From positions 9,121,979-9,185,978 of the forward strand of contig CAJINV010000003.1 in assembly GCA_905178155.1 (NCBI GenBank): a stretch of 64,000 nucleotides of DNA, read 5' to 3'. This DNA is from Amoebophrya sp. A120. Its lineage: Eukaryota > Protista > Dinoflagellata. The translations under genes were made by a program, and so were the position numbers. The notes beneath the pieces are model-generated. The model saw only the letters and a program-made list of their open reading frames with translations, had not been told where the DNA came from and made no database searches. The number at the start of each line of letters is the position of its first letter. Position 1 is the first letter of the stretch. Positions 58,863 through 64,000 of the stretch are shown piece after piece.

Positions 58863-60171
58863 TTACCGTGTTCCAAAAAATTCGTCGATCCGGCCCGGTT
58901 TCGGCTCCGGTTGCAGTTGATAGGTCTTCAACCACGGCCATTTTTTGGCACAGCCGATGTTATTTTCCCGTGCACCTTGGTAGCATCCTTTTCCGTAATC
59001 CCGGTAAATAGTACCATTACGCTCGAAGTTTCCCATGTAGCCAAAGTCGCGGGTTGCTGTAAAATTCATGTTGGTCTTCGATCTATCCTACTGCCACTGC
59101 GATCTACCTATACGTCCTCAGGCATCCGAATTCTATCCATCTACACATCGACAAGCTGATACTTGTTCGACTAAATCATGACACGACGATAATGAATTTG
59201 CAAAGAGCGTGGAGGTGTTGACAGGGTACCTGCTATGCGTGCCTAGCGCAATTACAACACAAAAAAAAAATGTTTTTCTACGGTGGTCATCATATTGGCG
59301 CTCGTGGTGGCGAAGCCGGTCGATCGTCTTTTCGTAGAATGGACCTCTTTTGAACTCTCGCACTGGGTCGTCGTTTGGTCGATCGTCCACACGACATTGC
59401 CACCTGGGTGCCTTCGTGTTTTTCGTCTCTCCCGCCCACCTGAATTGTTGTTTTTCCCGTCTCGTCAAATTCTGTGCTTGTTATCATAAAATGTTTTACA
59501 GATGTACAAAAATCAAAATAAAGCCGTCGCGATTTCGAGCATTAGCTTCAATTTTGAGCTCGAACTTTCCTCTGATGAGTTCCATAAATGGTTCTGAGTT
59601 TGAGTCACGGCTTGGCTTTTGCCTCTGTGTTTGATTTTTAACATGAGTTCTAAGTTTGAGTAGATCGAGCTCCAGGTTCGGTTTTGAGTTTGTCCCGTTG
59701 CACTCGCACTCCTTGTCTACTTTGGTTTGGGTTTCAGCCCTTTGAGTTTGAGCCTGAGCTCGAGTGGTATCGGGCTGCACGCGGGTGTTGAGTTTGAGTG
59801 CGAGAATCTGCCAAATCAGGTGCTCTGCTGTTTGTGTTAATAAAGAATGCGAAGTAACTTAGAAACCTGGGCGTGACTTCCAGGGTTCGTTTGCCTTCTA
59901 CCACGACTTCGCTGGGATTGTCGCAAAACGGGGCTAAAGATGCCGCAATTCCGTTTGGATTTCCTGGTCGCCGCTGGCTCCGAGTATGCCACCACGGATT
60001 CTTGCATGTGTTACGGATCGCCTTCTCAACTGCCACTTGGTGTCCCCCGAGGACACGATTCTCTGCCCGCACACCGAGCTCCTGATGCTTTCTCGAGGTA
60101 TCGGCGACGTCGTAGTGGGGATACCCCCGCTCCGTCCCGACACTCCGGCAACGATACGTATACGGCGGCAT
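58863..60171 (-). CDS. Probable spliced hypothetical protein
   Basis: Protein-like ORF pieces at 59734..60171, about 59290-59480 and 58863..59069. Junctions not resolved. Confidence 0.35.
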
Positions 60172-60946
60172 CGTATTAGAGAAGTGAGGCAGTGTGACAG
60201 CAATCGGCTAGCAATGAACTTAGGAAGTATGTCGTACTCGTTCGATTAACGGTGGACGTGGCGTTCTAGAGCTTGCAGCAGGAGGTTTCACGAAATATCT
60301 AAAAGTTGACTACGGGTACTATTTTTTACCAGCGGTGGTTAACATTGAATTTGTACCTCTGCCCTCCTCCTCGTGATTACACAAATTTCGGGCCCTTGCG
60401 ATCATGCAGAGCACGCCACTTGCTGGGGCTTCTCGTGTTTGGCTTTCTCACGCTGGTTGCATCCGAGTGTTACGATAATCGCAAACGAGTCACGACAAAA
60501 ACTGCGAGCATCGAAGAGTCCACTTTTTTGCAACGTGATTATCAATAGCGGAAAAGCCTACGTGTGGTAGACGCGTGGCTTGGCGCCTGACCACGTCGGT
60601 CCTTCCTTACACGGTGGGTTCTTCTTTGTTTTTGTTTCATCTCTTTTCTTGAACAGTGCGCTCTTTCTCGTGGTCTTCCTCTTCGCACAAGAGCCAGACA
60701 GACAGAAACTCCTCCTGTTCCTCTTCGCACGACGCGAGCCCGACGACTACACAGCTTACTTTCTCGTGACAGTGAGCGGTTTGAAAAGGCGCACAAAAAT
60801 TCGCTTCACCCTGAGATCTGATCTCTATCCCCCCCGAGAATCTTCACACTCACGAGGACATAAACAAGAACTCATTTGAAAAGCGACAACGAGAACGACA
60901 AGACATGTGATAATCACACCTCAACAAAATGGGCAGCTTTCATCCA

Positions 60947-61327
60947 CTAAGAATTTGCAATATTCATTGCCGCCTGATGTATGCCCATGATTATCCCCGC
61001 CGGATCAACGTGCTCGAGCTTAATATCACGGAAAGCCCTGCGTTCGAAATCTTCCTCGGAAGTCGCTTCGTACATCGCCAGCGGGCGACTAACAAAAGTC
61101 GCAGGGTCCATCCAAGGGAGAACAACGTTGTCCTTCAATGCTCGCACGGGCATTGGACAAAAAATACTTAAACATTGCTGCGTGCGCGGTAGGATCTTGC
61201 TCAAGATTTTATTTCGTTGACAGCATATAAACAGATGCTCGTCATACACAGAAACTGAAACGTCATGCTTGGGTGTTTTTCTCTTGTCTTTAGATTTTTT
61301 CACGGCGCCGTGGTGCGGGACCAACAT
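60947..61327 (-). CDS. Probable exon(s) of a hypothetical protein
   Basis: Protein-like DNVVLPWMDPATFVSRPLAMYEATSEEDFERRAFRDIKLEHVDPAGIIMG. The gene may continue at about 60630-60800. Confidence 0.35.
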   Translation of the reverse strand: MLVPHHGAVKKSKDKRKTPKHDVSVSVYDEHLFICCQRNKILSKILPRTQQCLSIFCPMPVRALKDNVVLPWMDPATFVSRPLAMYEATSEEDFERRAFRDIKLEHVDPAGIIMGIHQAAMNIANS

Positions 61328-62180
61328 TGCTGTACAATGTAGTATCTTCTTCTAATTCTATTGGTAGTCATAATGACCTCCGTGCTCTTGCTTGGTCCGG
61401 CAGCAGTAGCGCGCCCACATTCATACAACTGCACACGGTAAAAAACTCTAGGTGTCGCACAAGCAATACTATACAGTTCCAAAAATCAACATGATGCGGC
61501 CCGCGCAAAAACGACAGAGAAAGAAGTTCGCTGGATTTTCTAGCTGCATGAGCTCACAACCAAAGCAAGGTGAATTCCGTCGATCTAACGATCTACTAGT
61601 ACTAGTTGACTCTTGGACTTTGTCACACCATATCGATATATCGAAACTCGAACTCGATGCACCTAAATAGATAGTACACTAGCACAAAATTGACAGATGA
61701 TCATCTTCGCTGGCTTGCGTGTGTAAAAACCAGAACTACATGCAGGTCGGAAGCGCAACAATAGTAGATATGCGCGTGAAAGTCAACGCCGTCCACGAAA
61801 CAATATGTCATCACTGACTGGAGTATTCGAAAACGACGGACATTAACGCCACATGCCCTCTATTGGCACATAAAACATATTTGTTTATTAAGTAGTATGC
61901 GTAGAGTCAAATAAGCACTAAAGGCGAGGGTCGCTATGAAATTTAGTTCACATCACAGAGGAATTTATCATGTGGGATACCGGACTTCACCAAAGAGGGT
62001 GAAGATCGTTTTCGCTGCAGTGCAAGCGTGGGCTTGGAAAAGTAGCACGGGTTAGATAATCACCTCACCCATTTCCACGTTTTTCCAGGTATTATTTACC
62101 ATGTGGTTTTTGCTGAAATAAACAATATGAACACAACTGTCGTACGACATGCATCTTCAGGGTCCTCACGCACATTGCAC

Positions 62181-63932
62181 CTAGAAGTAGGGGCCAGCCT
62201 TCCGGACCTCTAGTGGGCACCTGTCGGCATACTCAACGAAGTTGGCACGAAAGAGTTCGTATCCTGAGTAAAAACGTACCCACACCATAGTCAAGATGGG
62301 GAATCGGCTAGACAAATCCACAAGTTTTGGCTGTTTTGCATGACAAATTTGCATTCGTAGTGTAGTGCTGTTCGAGCTAGCTCAGCAGCATCACAGATCT
62401 AGCATACCATGCTGATTGGAGCATGACAAATTGCCAAACACGACTAGAAAATGCTTCTCATGGGGCTCCGCATGAGAACCATTCTCAGCATGCAGATTTG
62501 CATTACAACTATGGGGTGGGGACGTTTTTAAATACGATAGTTCGTAGAGCTTGTTCAAGGACGTGTCGTAGGCCTTGGGGTCGGACCACGACTTTCGCGG
62601 ATTCAAGATCTCTATGCTGTGCAAAAGTATCGTACTCGTATTAATGCAGGTCTTGCATTACAAATTTCTTTGTCAAGGCAAATCAGCATTACAAATTTTA
62701 TTTCTCATGCTGAGAAAATTTGTAATGCATTTATACGAGTACGATACTTTTGCAGTTCATAATCTCGCTGGGCACGCCCGGGATGCTTTTCGGCATCTGC
62801 AGCCCAAAGAGCGGCATCTCTTCAAACTCGGTTTCCAGTATGGGGCTCTCAAACGTTACTACATTCTCAACTGTTACATGGTTTGTCATGCACGATTTGT
62901 TACCACCAGGATCGCCACGATTAAGCTGCTTCGCATGACAAATATTTATCCGAAGGGCTAAACAGCATCTAAATCTGTGCCAAATCTGTAATGCAAAAGG
63001 CGCAATCTTTATCTTCCCCCTTTCACTTTCGCCGTTCTTGCATTACAAATTCATGTAACAGTTGAGAATGTAACATTTGAGAACTCCATATCCAGGATGC
63101 TCTCGTTGTGGATCGCGTTCACCAACTTTCGTGTGTGCCTGCAATATCAGCAATAGTAGGAATAAATACTTCGCACGCCTAAGTTTAAATGATCTTTCGA
63201 AATTACAAATTCGGTTGAACTATCTACAGATGGGCTCAGATATGGCAATTCTTCGTTGCACAGCTCAGACTCATTCACTGCACCGGAGGTCGAACCACCA
63301 CCTCCAGTTCCACTATGCCAATTGGTCTTGCTTTTGGTTTTGAGTGACTGACCACAGGGAAAACAATAAGGAGTGGAGAAAAAAGAAAAACTCCTGACAA
63401 CTCGAATAAAAATGGGATCGTACTTGATTTCCATGCGCTTTCCGACTCCGTAGCCGCCACCAGACCAACCCGTGTTCAACAGGTAGGCGTGACAGGTGTG
63501 CTCCTCAAGTTTCTGGGCCAGCATCTCGGCGTACACAATGGGGTGCCACACTAGGAAGGGGGCTCCGAAGCATGCACTGAAGGTGGCGGTCGGCTCCGTG
63601 ACGCCCTGCTCGGTCCCGGCCACCTTCGCGGTGTAGCCCGAGATGAAGTAGTACTGCACCTGGGCCGCGGTCAGTTTACTCACCGGAGGCAACACGCCAA
63701 ACGCGTCGCAGCACAAGAGGATGATGGAGCTTGGGTGACGGTCCACCTTGGCCGGGATCATGGCGTTGGGGATGTAATGAAGCGGATAGGCCGCCCGGGT
63801 ATTCTCCGTGATGCTGGTGTCGTAGTAGTCGATGACCCGGGTGGTATGATCGAACACCACGTTTTCTACCACCGCCCCGAACCGGATTGCGTCGAAAATT
63901 TCCGGCTCTTTTTCGCGGGAAAGGTCGATGGC
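62181..63932 (-). CDS. pckA: Phosphoenolpyruvate carboxykinase (ATP-dependent), 3' part; 5' exons lie beyond the window
   Basis: [43 protein letters not shown] and YLLNTGW. The C-terminus …[36 protein letters not shown]…LYELFRANF…AGPYF* is recovered only after removing three TIR elements. Confidence 0.95.
62260..62539. mobile_element. Introner, family A, in PEPCK
   Basis: Arms TATCCTGAGTAAAAACGTACCCACACCATAGT / rc TATCGTATTTAAAAACGTCCCCACCCCATAGT. GTTCG repeat. Colinear with 52081..52359. Confidence 0.93.
62613..62761. mobile_element. Introner in PEPCK
   Basis: 36-bp arms TATGCTGTGCAAAAGTATCGTACTCGTATTAATGCA / rc TATGAACTGCAAAAGTATCGTACTCGTATAAATGCA. ATCTC repeat. Excision gives PSEILNP. 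Confidence 0.95.
62839..63090. mobile_element. Introner in PEPCK
   Basis: Arms TATGGGGCTCTCAAACGTTACTACATTCTCAACTGTTACATG / rc TATGGAGTTCTCAAATGTTAC---ATTCTCAACTGTTACATG. TCCAG repeat. Excision gives ESILETEF. Confidence 0.95.
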
Positions 63933-64000
63933 CTGTAGAGAGAAAAAGAAGCCGCTCATCCTTTTTTTTATAAACTGGTAGTGCTACTGGTGTGTAGGTC

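Noticed and set aside
59570-59800. Degenerate TTTGAG repeats
   Set aside because: Low-complexity intronic microsatellite. It is neither a telomeric array nor CRISPR-like, and has no spacers.

Overview
Eukaryotic, intron-containing genomic DNA. It most resembles a parasitic syndinian dinoflagellate such as Amoebophrya (inference from gene content, co-orientation and intron type). Every recognisable gene lies on the minus strand: DCC1, a metallophosphoesterase, a CEP164-like WW protein, a large Apple/PAN Cys-repeat surface protein, BolA, an RlmM/FtsJ-like methyltransferase, a PAP2 phosphatase, an exostosin-like GT47, a tandem-PDZ protein, a JmjC protein, ATP-dependent PEPCK and several orphans. 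The dominant hidden structure is about 22 short (mostly 150-560 bp) MITE-like insertions inside coding sequence. They have terminal inverted repeats (often 5'-TAT...ATA-3'), flanking direct repeats of mostly 4-5 bp, and usually no GT-AG. Removing the element plus one repeat copy restores the reading frame, so they behave as non-canonical introner introns. One family occurs in both orientations relative to its host genes and shows a compensatory change in an internal hairpin. Different families share a GCATNACAAAT motif. One element, in the JmjC gene, carries a 5'-truncated DIRS-type reverse transcriptase between perfect 58-bp direct repeats, with a hairpin array at its 3' end. All alignments were done by eye and no database searches were run.
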